Positions 13,301-28,300 of a DNA stretch of 60,000 bases are shown in pieces. Under the pieces are notes generated by a model. It saw only the letters and a program-made list of their open reading frames with translations. It searched no databases and was not told where the DNA came from. The stretch's first letter is position 1, and each line of letters begins with the position of its first letter. The DNA is from Lytechinus pictus (Eukaryota). Where the stretch lies: positions 9,674,001 through 9,734,000 of the forward strand of contig NC_087263.1 in NCBI RefSeq assembly GCF_037042905.1, given 5' to 3'. The position numbers and the translations under genes were made by a program.

Positions 13301-16300
13301 CATAGATCTGCGGGATGTTTTACACCACATATCGACCCGCTGTCCCAATCTTTCTCAGCATCCATCGATATGTGTTCCCACGTCTGGTGGGTGTGTGGGG
13401 AGGATGTGTTTCATTTAATTGGATGGGATCGTGGGAGATGTGGAGTTACATTACAGGCAAACACTGCTATGGGACTACACTGACGAGATGAAGTGAAAAC
13501 TAATTGAACAGGTGGGCGAGATAATGCTTATCTAGCTGCAGTGTGAGAAATAAACGAGGGCAGCGGGCTGATTGTGCTCTCATGACAGCCCAACTCGCCC
13601 CTAAATTTCCAAAAATTGAATGCTTTGGTACGACCATCTTTCTGAAGTTTCCCCAAGATCTGCCACGAACGATAATTCAAGAAAGTCTAGAAAATCAATT
13701 TTCAACATACTGGTGCAGCAAAATAATTATATTATATTGAATGGCTCAGAATGGAATACCAGAAATATTCCAAGAGTTTGGAAAAAATATTTCATGAATC
13801 GCAGATGAGTGGAATATTGGCGCTAACAAGTGGAATATTTGTGGTATTCCATGAAATAAAGCCATCCAATATAATTATTATCATCTATCCCACCCCTAGC
13901 AATAAAAAAGAGGGAGAAATTTGATTAAACAAGTCATATCACTCATCACATTATGCCATTATCACTTCATAGGATCAAATTAGGTCGTTGACATGTGACT
14001 TGCATGTAGTTCATTATGACGTCGTTGTGCTGTTATGCTGCGCATCGCATTGCTTTCATTGTTGTATGCATTGTATATTTCACGCATTTGCGCATGCGGT
14101 CTATAGTTACAGTACTGTTGAATATGCTTTCATATTCAATATCAAATTTTGTATTAAACCTATGGAATGTTCTTCGAATTTCGGTCCTTTTAGGGATACG
14201 CTCTGATACTGCACAGGTAATTGATGCAGACCGAAATACGCGTTGTTAATGCATCGCTAAAATACTCTATATAGATGATAATATGAAATGCTTTTACACT
14301 ACAGCATAATTTCTTGTAAAAAAAATAGCCATTCAAATGAAAGAAATACATGTACATGTAGCCCCCCCCCCCAATTCTATTATCACCCCTATTTTGAATA
14401 AAAATATGGCCCCTAAAATTAGAAATTATTTCCTACCTTGTGTAGCTGTTTTGCACATCCGCTCAGTCAGAAATACTATGGAAGCATTTTGTGAAACAGA
14501 TAGTGAGTTTTACTGACTTTGTTATAAGCCACTGAAATCCTTGCCTCTGATTGGCTGATAGTGAATTAGTCAGTGGTAATCGCTGACTAAACTCTTCAAG
14601 AAATGCTCTCTAGGGTAATATTTACAGCTTTTATACATGTGTGATTCATGCCTGAGTCCAACATTTTCAACTCTGTAGAAGTTCTGGGATTATCTAATTT
14701 TTCTTTTCACCTTCTGAAAGTTTGATGCTTTTTGTATAGATATTAATTTTTTTCAACAATGATTCCATTTTAATGATAATGATTTGTACAGCATACTTTC
14801 CATCAGAACATTTCAGTACAAATTAATGACAACAGCATTACAATAATTACAGATAAACATTGCAAATAAAACTGTGCTGGTCTTTTATCCTTTAATTGTT
14901 ATCTTTATTTTCCATTACAGTGCAGAGTCTCGGTGTAGACCCATCTCTGGAGGTAGACTTGATTCAAGGAGTTTATATGAGTGCTTTAGATTCACCGGAC
15001 GTTGCGCAGGTAGCTGGACATCCGCATAGCAATGGACCAGCTTTTCGTTTTGAAGGTATGGTGGAGCTTGAATTTCAACAGTATCTTCATTAACAATTTC
15101 TTTTGATTGTGTTGATATTTCTTTTCTTCATATTACTTTGTGTATTTTTTGTATAATATTTTTCATTTTTATTTTGTAATTGCTTTCTTTGATTTATAAT
15201 ATATTCAATAAATATTGAAAGATCAAGAAGGAGAGATCAATACAACACAGCTTTATAGGGAATGTATGAGAGCTACGTGCGATTTCGCTCTTATGACAGC
15301 AAAAAACACCCCTAAGATTCACCCAAAATGCGTGCTTTGGGGCGACCATGCTTTCTAGAGTTGCCCCAAGATCTGTCACAAACAATATTCAAGATAATTA
15401 AAAAAAATCAATATTCTAAGTATGGCAGAATGATTGTATTGATTGCATGTTATCCCTCACCTTGAAGTTAAAAAAATAGCCCCCGAATTCCCCCCATTGT
15501 CCCAATGTACAATGTACAAAATTTATCCTTAAAATAAAAGAAGTTCCTGCAGCAGAGTCTCGAGAACACCTGTAATCTTAATACCAGATTGTGTAATCTT
15601 ACAGGAAATCGGTATTTGGTGTATACATGGAACCTTACAAATTTCCAATAAATAAAAACACCTTTTCCCCTTTTTAAACAGACCTGTTCTGTTAAATTGC
15701 AGAAAAATACCTGTTTTATGAATTTACAGAATGATTCTGTTATTGCTTTTTGCAAAATCTTCTTTCTTTTTTCTGTAAAATCGGTTTTTTTTTTACAGTG
15801 TAGAAAGTACAAAAAAATTATTTCCTACCCCGATACAAGAATGATAATTTGAGATGAATGTCTTTATTTTCCAGGTGAATCCAGAACTATTGAAGCCAAT
15901 GAGGAGACCTATCAGAAACTGAAGAATCTTTTGTCAGGAAGAGTGCCAGAATTCACTGTCATAGCGACGGTGAATCAGAAGAAGAGGAATAGCGGCAGTA
16001 TCATGTCAATTACTGTCAATAGAATACGGTAAGTTAAAGATCCATATCTACATGCATGGCCTCGTAGGTACATGTAGGCAATTCTACAATAATTATTTAG
16101 AGGGGTCCATAATTATACACTACAAGTATTTGCTTTTTTAGTGGATCCCTCCATTTTCACAGATCTTGATAATGTTCATGATAATTTGCTTTTATGTATT
16201 ATTTTGTTATACTTATGGAAAAAATATCATATATTGTTCTTATCTCAATTTATATTGTTTGTACAATGATATTTGCAAATGTGATTGTGATTATATAAAG

Positions 16301-19300
16301 CCATTTTATTTTGTCATTTTGAAAATGAAATAAAAACAAAACAAACGAAAAGAGTGACAAGTAAAAATTGACATTTCCTGACAATCTCTTGATAAAATTG
16401 ATGACACATTTTCCTTTCAGAATATATTATTTTAATATCAACATTTGTAGCAAAATGAGCATGGCCTCTTGCAGGAAAAAGAGATGTTTCTCTGATATTA
16501 ATACATTGTGGATAATTTTGGCTTTCCTCAATTTATATCTTTTGTATTCAGCCTTGATTGTCTTTACAGCATTTGGTTTTAATGCGTAAACTACAGCGAA
16601 ACTTTCTAAATCTAGATCTACATGTACATGTAGGCTAATGGTAACAATTATCCTTGACTGTATAAATAATTTATATTGAACTACATGTCATTGATCACTG
16701 CGAGTACTGAAGTTAGCTTGAAACATATAGTGTATTAGACACAACACATAACGTGCCTGTGATAAAAGCTCTTCTGATTATCTAAACTAAACTAATCACC
16801 TTTGGTTACGAAACTTGTGATATCCTGATTGTAATGTGATTTAATTAGTTTCCTAATGAATTAGTTTACTAGTGAATGTACACGTATAATTAGATTTGGG
16901 TCAGTAGGGCTCCTCTATGACAATCATTCATCAACTGTTCTAGCTCTACACAGATCAATTCATTATGTACAGTGTATTTCCAATTCATGAAATGAAATGA
17001 TAATAAAATCATGTTCCGACTAAGAGACAATTAAGGTTAAAAGATATCATAAAAAAGCATCAACAGAAAAACAGAGAAATGACAATGAGAAGATGAAAAT
17101 GTTGAATAATAATGGGGTCGGAAAATAACAGAATGGAATGGGGAATACACTATTCAGCCATTAGAAGGCTTTTAATATAAAATGCACAAAATAAATTGGT
17201 CATTAAAATAATTTTGGTTCATGGATGAGGAAAGTACGAATAAGCTAATAAAAACAAACAAAAATAAATTGAAAAAAGAAATAAAGCAAACCTCTATGCT
17301 GAGAAATTTTCAGCCAGAAGATCCTAAAACTGAAAAAAAAAATGTTTTACCTTCATGATTGCAAAATTGAAAAATAAAATAAATAATGGAACAAACTCTG
17401 AAGTAATCAAATCATTGCTCAGTCTACTTTCTACATCGTAAATTTGAAATGACATACATATTTCACAAGCTGTTTATAATCCATATCATATGAGCCTATG
17501 GGCAATGTGCTTTATATGAGAATGGCTTTCCATTTTAAAATATGTACATGTACATTGCGTTCTAATTAGGTGATCTGTCTGTTGACAGATCACCTCTTGT
17601 GTTTCTACGAATTTTCTTTTTTATTTATTTATTCTTTTTATTTATTTTTCTTTTTCCACCCTTTTCTTGTTCCACCAAAATCAGAAAAACTGTTCTATCA
17701 ATTTTCATCAAATTATTATCAATTATGCACAGTTATAATGCGATGTGTACGAAACAAGTTCAACGTCAAATGGTCATCGTGACGTCATCTACGCGCCATT
17801 TTGTAAAATCACATTATCAACAATATCTTCATCATCAATCATCAAAAATGAACAATATTAACATGAAATTAACTTCAGATCATGGGTCAACTGTCCATGT
17901 GATCAAACGTCATTAACACATCACGACGCGCATGTACGCGCGCGTCAAAATTTTGAAATGCTCAAAATCACTTTTTGATCAAAGTAGAGTACGAATCAGG
18001 TCATTTGAAGCATTTCAAGAATTTGCGCGCTCACACGTTTTCGCGCGCGTTCACGCGCGTAATGTCGTTGCGCAATGTAAAATCGCCGTTTCTTTTACGT
18101 CAATGCATTTATTATGAAATTCTCAATAATTTGATACTTTGACCGACCTTTTACGACAAGTAATAAAGGAATTAGCCTCCGTCAAAGTTTGCATTACGCG
18201 CGCAAGCGCGCGTTGAAAATAGGCCAAATATGTGCAAAAACATGTCTTTACAAAATTCAATATAACTCTTCAGATAGTCCGTTGACCCCTTCATTTTCTT
18301 TTATATTCGGATAGCGTATGAATTGTAGATGTGATTTCATGTCACATTTGACCCTAAATTTTATCAAGACGTCATCAAAATGGCGTCGGAACTAAAATTT
18401 TCTATTTTTGTTTGATGACGTTTTAATAATTTTGCAAACATGACTATAACTCCGTAATTGTTGATCATTTTTCGCCCAGATTTCGACATATTGTAGCTGA
18501 GCTTATACTCTTACTAAATATTTCATAATATTTTCACTTATATTAATTATTCATCCTCAAAACTGAGAATTTATATAGGCATATCACAATGCCAATTTTC
18601 ACTGTCATAAGTCAATTTAAGATAATATTCATTCTTTGAACGATGAGAGTAAGGGACCTTTTGTAGTCTAATGGATAGCACACCTGCATTGCAATGCAAA
18701 GATCTTTGGTTCGAAACTCACTTGACAATGTTTTTTTTTTGCTCATGTATTTGTGTGTAACGTCTATTGAATACTGATTTTTCTCAAAATTTTATTCTAC
18801 ATTCTTGGATTCCGGCAACATTATTTTCACTACTTTGTGTAGTCACTTGCGAAATTGCATTTGGCATTCTCTAAAAAAAAAGATCTTTTACACAACGTAA
18901 TATTTTGCCTTTCAGCTGCTGTACTTTTGTTAATTAAAGTCCGTTTTAATCATGATGATCATATTAATATGCATTGCCAAGGTTATAATGATCGAATATT
19001 AGATCGTGATCATGAGAATGACAGACAGATCACCTAATTCGTCCTCAAGACGAATTAAAATTCTAGTTTCCTTTTTTTTCTTCAAACAGTATAATAATAG
19101 TTCATTCATTCCCTATTGGATCGATAGACTTCACCAACATCAAGCCGCGCAAAAATATAGCTTTCCATAATTTTTGTATGGTCTGCCATTTTTCATTTAT
19201 AATCCAGTAGATTTGATTCAGTTATACATGTACATGAAGATTTGATTGATAGACCTTGGTTAAAGGTAAATGCCAGTTGTGGTAACTATATCAAAATGAG

Positions 19301-22300
19301 TTCATACAGAATCTAATGAAATGACCACCAAAGTGTCTGTTTGTATGAATAAAAAATATGTGACAAAGGATTCGGGAAGAAATTGTGTAATTGCTGAAAA
19401 ATTAGCAAAATATAAGCACAGGATTTGGGTCAAGCGTCGGGACGACATTCAAAGCAATTATAATACACTGTCCCACGTGCGCTTATCTGTGTTGGTGATC
19501 TTCAGTGTGAACATTTTTCAGCGTAGATTTCAAGATTTCACAAAGTTCAGTTTATGTAACTGTACCAGATCTAGATCCTCGATGATATACTGACAATTAA
19601 GCCTGGTTTTACAGACTTTCTCATGAAATCAGTGTTTACTGCAACTACTGGCATTTCTCTTTAAATACGATCGCTAAAAATGGTGCTGAAGAGCATTTTT
19701 TAGGGTTTGAAGATTATATCATATTTGATCAAGTGTTTCTTCCCCAAGAGAATTACAATTTAACACGGTACCAGCATATTCTAGCATGATACCTTTGTGA
19801 AAGATATGATTTCCCTTACCAGTGCCTTTCCAGCTGTTTATACATGTATATGATAAAAACAGTCTCGTTATATTTTGAGGGTTAAAATATGACTTTCCTT
19901 TTCTATTGGGGTGATACAGTGTACCTTATATTCAAGCTTGTAGTCTAGTATGTTTTGAATGCTCAGGTAATTATTTTTTTTCAATTTTCACTAAAAAAAA
20001 TTCATATAACATGATTTTAATAGGCTTTATGGCGGCCTTGCCTACACATTCATGTGACCGCACAAATTTTATAGAATAATGGCAAAATCTATCCCCAATA
20101 ATTTTAATGATTAATAAATATTATCTTTTGTACTTTGATAGTCCAATGAATAATATATATTACACTGTCTCCTAAAAAAACAAAAACAAAATGATAGAAT
20201 ATAAAATTGTATTTTTAATTGCTAATGAACAAGAGCAGTAATACATGATGTCGTACTATTCAAATTGGGGGGGGGGGGGATGAAACAATATTTTATCCCC
20301 CCTGAATGATAGGTCCCCCACTTGAATTTACCCAAGTGATAATGACTGATTTTCTCTACGAAGAAAAAGAATCATGATAATCGAAACATATATATTCTCA
20401 CTGTGAATGAATACCTACATGTAATATCAAACAAGAATATCAGCATTCTATTTTTTTTATCAAATAAAATTTATACCATATTAGCCCCTGTAGTGTATTT
20501 GGCATGGTCTTGCTGCATGGAAGGAAATTGCTAATTACTGCTACCCAGCACTTACAATCATGATAGCCTCCTTTTGATATCACCCATCAACCGATGCCGA
20601 TTAATTGTCAGGCTTTTTCTGAATCATACACAAAGGGCGTTCTTACTCATCTGTTTCCATGGAAACCGCATCACTCACTGGAGATGAGTGTGAGCTATTA
20701 ATAGGTGATGATGTGACCATGGCGTTGGGGAAGACGTACACGACAGTTTTAAGCCTTGTGTAAAAAGAGCTATGTTTTGGCTTTCCTCAATTTATATCTT
20801 TTGTATTCAGCCTTGATTGTCTTAATTATGTTCATACAGCATTTTGTTTCAATACATAAACTACAATGTATGGCGAAACTTAAGTCCCTTCAGTCAGGCT
20901 ATTTCTGAATCATATAAAAAGGGCGTTCTTACTCATCTGTTTCCATGGAAATCGCATCACTCGAGATGAGTGTGAGCTATTAATAGGTGATGATGTGACC
21001 ATTGCGTTGGGGAAGACGTACACGACAGATTTAAGCCGTGTGTAAACAGAGCTACATGTATGTTTGGAAATATGTTAAGCAACATAATCATCAAAATTGA
21101 ATTTGTAATACAGGACTAGTGTCTTACCCCACTGAAAACATAGGCCTACACTGTATATTTTTTATTGCTTAATGTAGATAGATACCATTTACATAAGCAA
21201 AAATAACTATTTAGATTTATTAAAAAATCAATAGCTATTATAAAAAAAGATGGTAAATTTACATTTGCATACATGTATGTTGGTAAGAAATTTGGATGAA
21301 CAAAGCAATAAACAGTAGCCAACAAATATATTTATTTCTTCCCTCATTTTCATGTATGAAACAAACCTATCAAAACTACATCATGAATGAAAAACTTACA
21401 GCTGGCCTTAAAAAAATCACAAACTTGATGCATGTGAGAAACATTGTGTCATTTTTGTGTGATGTTTTAAATCTAACTATATCTCTGTGCTCCAGTTTCC
21501 TTATTCTGTTTTCTTTAATGTACGTTCGAGGTTAAGATTTTGACATATAGAAGGAAGTGAGGTACTTGAAATAGGAATGTTAAAGGAGAATGAAACCTTT
21601 GGAACAAGATAGCTTGTGTGAAAACAGAAAAAGCAAAGTAACAGATCAACGAAAGTTTGAGAAAAATCGGACAAATAATGAGAAAGTTATGAGCATTTGA
21701 ATATCGTGATCACTAATGCTAGGGAGATCCTCAAATTGGCAATGCGACAAAGATGTGTGATGTCACTTGTGAACAACTCTCCCCATTACTTTAGTATATA
21801 TTTCACTTAAACTGCCTCTTTTATCCCATCTATCAGTAGTTCATGTGTTCTTTCTATAGGAGGGCATGTAATACAAATTTTTAAAGAATACATCATGGAT
21901 AAAAAGTTTGTATCACCATAAGAAAAAGCAAAAAGAGACATTTTGAGGGTATTTTATAGTCCATCAAAGGGAAAGATGTTCACGTGTGACATCACACATC
22001 CTTGTCGCATTGCCAATGGGAGGATCTCCATAGCATTAGTGATTGCAATATTCAAATGCTCATAACTTTCTCATTATTTGTCCGTTTTTTCTCAAACTTT
22101 CTTTGTTCTTATTCTTTGATTTTTCTGTTTCGACACAAGCCTACTTGTTCCAAAGGTTTCATTCCCCTTTAAAGGTAAAAGACAGTTCTTGCAGCAAACA
22201 AAATAGATCAAGGTTAATAATCGTCAAAATATTATCGTACATCTAGATCTGAAACATTAAAGCTAAATGATAGTAGTTGCAGTAAAACACTAATTTCGTG

Positions 22301-25300
22301 AGAAAGTCTGTAAAACCATGGTTAAGTATGACTATATCATCGTGGATCTAGATCTGGTACAGTAATACATAAACTGAACTTTGTGAAATCATAAAATCTA
22401 AGCTGAAATACGATCACACTGAAGATCGGCAACACAGATAGGCACACGTGGGACAGTGTATTATTATTGCTGGAATAAAGACCCAACGGAAGTGACCGAA
22501 TCCGCGCTTATTTTGCTTATTTCTCAGCAATTACACAATTTCTTCCAGAATCCTTTGGCACATATTTTTTATTCATACAAACAGACACTTGGGTGGTCAT
22601 TACATGTATATTAGATTCTGTAAAAAGTCATTTTGAGATCGTTACCAGAATTGGAATTTATCTTTAATGTAAACTTGTCTGTAAAATCATGAAATCTTAG
22701 CTCAATATCGATAATTCTGATGATCACTAACACAGAAAAGCATATGTGGGACAGTGTATTAACATTGCTTCGAAATATACCCGGCATCTGATGGAATTCC
22801 GTGCTTATTTTGCTCATTTCTCAGCAATAACGCATTTTCTTCCAGAGCCATTTGGCACATAGAAAAAAAAGAGAAGAGTATGAAATAGAGAGTGTGAGAT
22901 AGAGAGAGATAGAAAGATAAAGATAAAGAGAAAGAGAAAGAGAGGGAGAGAGAGAATGGAATAGAGAGAATCAGAAATAGTTGGGGAGAGAGCTTACAGA
23001 GACAGAGAGGGATACTTCCTTAATTGCAGTGTTTTCTTTTATGGTATGGTTATATGGTAGGTCTTCTGAAAACAGTTCAGTTTTTTTAAATTTATAATCT
23101 TGATGTATAGATATTCAGATTTTTATTATTATTGGATTATTTTTATACATGTAGGTACATGGAAATCTTTGCCAGCACAAGGAACAAGGAATTCCGTTTC
23201 TACTACACTCACGATGGACAGGTCCTGATGGAGTCCATCCCGTACCCTTTCAAAGCCGAGCACTGGTACAAGCTCGCCGTGACCGTCAGCGGATCTCAAC
23301 TCAAACTCTCTGTGGATTGCCAGGAGAATACCACGAGGCAGATCAGACTACCGGATTTGGATTTTGATAAACCGGGATTGACGGTTTACCTAGGACAGAG
23401 ATCAGATAGAACATACTTTAAGGTATGATATGCCCAATTCTGAAGGAAATAATTACCGGTATGTTTGGTGAAAATGAAGGCACAATTAAAGTTCTATTCT
23501 AAGTTGATATTAATGATACTAGTTATTTTATGTACAGTAGGGGCCATGGAACCGGGAAGGAGGAGGGGAGCACTCTAAACCCCCTAACTTTTGTCAAATC
23601 CGTATAAAAAAATCACCATCTGATAATGATATCAAATCCGTATAAAAAAATCACCATCTGATAATGATATCAAATCCGTATAAAAAAATTACCATCTGAT
23701 AATGATGTCAAATCCGTATTAAAAAATTACCATCTGATAATGATGTCAAATCCGTAAAAAAAAAATTACCATTTGATAATGATGTCAAATCCGTATAAAA
23801 AAATTACCATCTGATAATGATATCAAATCCATATAAAAAAATTACCATCTGATAATGATGTCAAATCCGTATAAAAAAATTACCATCTGATAATGATATC
23901 AAATCCATATAAAAAAATTACCATCTGATAATGATGTCAAATCCGTATAAAAAAATTACCATTTGATAATGATGTCAAATCCGTATAAAAAAATTACCAT
24001 CTGATAATGATGTCAAATCCGTATAAAAAAATTACCATCTGATAATGATGTCAAATCCGTATAAAAAAATTACTATCTGATAATGATATCAAATCCGTAT
24101 TAAAAAATTACCATCTGATAATGATGTCAAATCCGTATAAAAAAATTACCATTTGATAATGATGTCAAATCCGTATAAAAAATTACCATCTGATAATGAT
24201 GTCAAATCCGTATTAAAAAATTACCATCTGATAATGATGTCAAATCCGTAAAAAAAAAATTACCATTTGATAATGATGTCAAATCCGTATAAAAAAATTA
24301 CCATCTGATAATGATATCAAATCCATATAAAAAAATTACCATCTGATAATGATGTCAAATCCGTATAAAAAAATTACCATCTGATAATGATATCAAATCC
24401 ATATAAAAAAATTACCATCTGATAATGATGTCAAATCCGTATAAAAAAATTACCATTTGATAATGATGTCAAATCCGTATAAAAAAATTACCATCTGATA
24501 ATGATGTCAAATCCGTATAAAAAAATTACCATCTGATAATGATGTCAAATCCGTATAAAAAAATTACTATCTGATAATGATATCAAATCCGTATTAAAAA
24601 ATTACCATCTGATAATGATGTCAAATCCGTATAAAAAAATTACCATTTGATAATGATGTCAAATCCGTATAAAAAAATCACCATCTGATAATGATATCAA
24701 ATCCGTATAAAAAAATCACCATCTGATAATGATATCAAATCCGTATAAAAAAATTACCATCTGATAATGATGTCAAATCCGTATTAAAAAATTACCATCT
24801 GATAATGATGTCAAATCCGTAAAAAAAAAATTACCATTTGATAATGATGTCAAATCCGTATAAAAAAATTACCATCTGATAATGATATCAAATCCATATA
24901 AAAAAATTACCATCTGATAATGATGTCAAATCCGTATAAAAAAATTACCATCTGATAATGATATCAAATCCATATAAAAAAATTACCATCTGATAATGAT
25001 GTCAAATCCGTATAAAAAAATTACCATTTGATAATGATGTCAAATCCGTATAAAAAAATTACCATCTGATAATGATGTCAAATCCGTATAAAAAAATTAC
25101 CATCTGATAATGATGTCAAATCCGTATAAAAAAATTACTATCTGATAATGATATCAAATCCGTATTAAAAAATTACCATCTGATAATGATGTCAAATCCG
25201 TATAAAAAAATTACCATTTGATAATGATGTCAAATCCGTATAAAAAAATTACCATCTGATAATGATGTCAAATCCGTATTAAAAAATTACCATCTGATAA

Positions 25301-28300
25301 TGATGTCAAATCCGTAAAAAAAAAATTACCATTTGATAATGATGTCAAATCCGTATAAAAAAATTACCATCTGATAATGATATCAAATCCATATAAAAAA
25401 ATTACCATCTGATAATGATGTCAAATCCGTATAAAAAAATTACCATCTGATAATGATATCAAATCCATATAAAAAAATTACCATCTGATAATGATGTCAA
25501 ATCCGTATAAAAAAATTACCATTTGATAATGATGTCAAATCCGTATAAAAAAATTACCATCTGATAATGATGTCAAATCCGTATAAAAAAATTACCATCT
25601 GATAATGATGTCAAATCCGTATAAAAAAATTACTATCTGATAATGATATCAAATCCGTATTAAAAAATTACCATCTGATAATGATGTCAAATCCGTATAA
25701 AAAAATTACCATTTGATAATGATGTCAAATCCGTATAAAAAAATTACCATCTGATAATGATGTCAAATCCTTATAAAAAAATTACCATCTGATAATGATG
25801 TCAAATCCGTATAAAAAAATTACCATCTGATAATGATATCAAATCCGTATAAAAAAATTACCATCTGATAATGATGTCAAATCCATATAAAAAAATTACC
25901 ATCTGATAATGATGTCTAATCCGTATAAAAAAATTACCATCTGATAATGATGTCAAATCCGTATAAAATAATTACCATCTGATAATAATGTTTTGCATGG
26001 TCAGCCCCTCCCCCATCTTTTTGTTATTCTATGCTTTTAAAAGGTGATTGCTAAATACTTCTCTAAAATTACAATTTTCTGATTCTAATTTTAATTTTGC
26101 AGGGCACTCTACAAGATGTGAAGCTGATAGCCTCAGCTCAAGGCTATGTTGCTCAGTGTCCTTACATGGGTAGGTCGTGTCCTACATGTGCAGAATATCA
26201 CACAATGGTTGAGACTATAACAAGACTAGAGAACATGCTGCATAAGATGGAACTCAAGGTATGTCTAAACAATATTTCGAAATTTTGATCGTTTTCTATT
26301 TTCATTAATTTACAAAACAATTTGTTTCATTGTTATAAAGGTCAAGTCCACCCCAGAAAAATGTTGGTCTGAATAAATAGAGAAAAATCAAACTAGCATA
26401 ACACTGAAAACCTAATGAAATTTTCAGTGTTATGTTACAGGTAGTTGGATTTTTCTCTTTTTATTCAAATCAACTTTTTGTTGGGGTGGACTTGTCCTTT
26501 AAATTTGTTTCATCATTAAATAGAAAAAAAACACCGCATCCATAATTAGGATTGCAAAAAATGGATAAAGCATTGTGAAACTGAAAAAGTGACCACTGAG
26601 GACAGGTGTTCTTTAGAGGCAGGTTCTGCATTCCTTTCAAATGGGATTCAATTCTGGTTGCTACTATGGATAGGTGACTGGGTTGCTATGATACATATAG
26701 GTAGAAATATATTTATAATAACAAATGTGTAGATTTGACATTTGTCTGTATACATGCATATATACACTTTGCTATCAAAGAAAAAAAAAAGATATCAATT
26801 AGAATATAATCCAGGACTGGAATACATTAGGCGCGCCGTGGTCTAGTGGTTCTGACTCTCGCCTTTTAAACAGAGGGTCGTGGGTTCGAATCCTAGCCAT
26901 GGCGTGTTTTCCTTCAGCAAGAAATTTATCCACAATGTGCTGCACTCGACCCAGGTGAGGTGAATGGGTACCCGGCAGGATTATTTCCTTGAATGATGAT
27001 GGTAGCTTGAGCTAATGCCTGGGTAATAATAGCAGCGCTTTGTATCCTCAGGCAAAAAACGCTTTATAAATCCAGCTATTATTATTACATCTTTCATGTA
27101 TGTCACACCCTAATGTGCCAACTACACACCCGGTTTTGATTAGCATGCCAATGTAATTGTATTGTTAAAAAACGGTAGTATACACAGTATCAAGAGGATT
27201 CAATCATTTCAGGTAACAATGTTTGCGTGAGAGTAATTAAACTCATCTCTGGTCCGGAAGCGGCTATTGTTTGGTAGGAAGCTTACGTCATGTAAAGTGA
27301 AGGTTGATTAGTAATTGGTGAGCTACAACTGTAGTACTTGACCCCTTTGAGGGTCATGGTGAAACGAGGATCACTTTCTGTTTCTAGGTTTATAGTCAAC
27401 GGATACCAGCATGTTATCCCAAATTTGTACTTTTATGACAGTATTGTCCGTTATTTTAATATAAACAATATAAAATATAGTGCAGTATTGCCTACTGGAA
27501 CTTGCTATTGATAGGAATTCTGCTTATAAATACTTCTGTATGTACATGTGTATTGCAGTAGAGTGAAATAGAACATGATAGATTATTTGTAAAAAGAAAG
27601 AATTTGAGGAAATAATGAAAAAAGAGGGGAAAGGGGAGAAGAGAGGAAAGAAAGGAGAAGAGAGAGGCGCAAACACAAAATCATACCTTCAGTGTATTTT
27701 CATCAAACAACAATATTATCAAACACTCAAAATATATAATGTTTTTTAATGCATGTACTTGAGAGAGAAAAATACAAGAGCTCTTACAAGAGCTCTTAAC
27801 CTTCCTTCAGTACATGTATAAACTACATGTACTTATTCATATCATTGTGTTTGTAATTTATTATCAAAATAATATGCTACTTAATAACCAGGCCTGCTTG
27901 TAATGGAGGTTTTTGAAAGGTTTCATTCTGTTTTGAAGACATAAAAGGAAAGCCAACAATGAAACAAAACGGAAACAGAAAATTCTGAGCTGAATTCAGT
28001 CACGCTATGGCATTAATATGCTTTTCACACTGCACTTTAATATTTTCATTAACCCCGGAAATAGGTGGGGCTAAGGGGGGGGGGGGGGTCTTAGCACCAC
28101 CAATTTGAATACCCCAAATAATTTGTATAAAACACCCCCAGTTCAAATTATACAAATTTAGTTTTCAATGAACAGTAGAACAAGAAGGGGGAATATCCCC
28201 TATTGAAATTAAAAAACTCTTTTTTTGTTGTTGAATGAATGTGTTTTATAAAATAAATCTAAAAGAATATTTCGATTTAGATTTTTAAATTAATTTTGGC

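Noticed and set aside
18653..18722. tRNA-Cys-like gene
   Set aside because: Acceptor and T stems do not pair; it lies inside a Helentron-like element.
23593..25990. CRISPR array (38-bp repeats)
   Set aside because: Units are contiguous with no unique spacers, there are no cas genes, and it lies in a eukaryotic intron.
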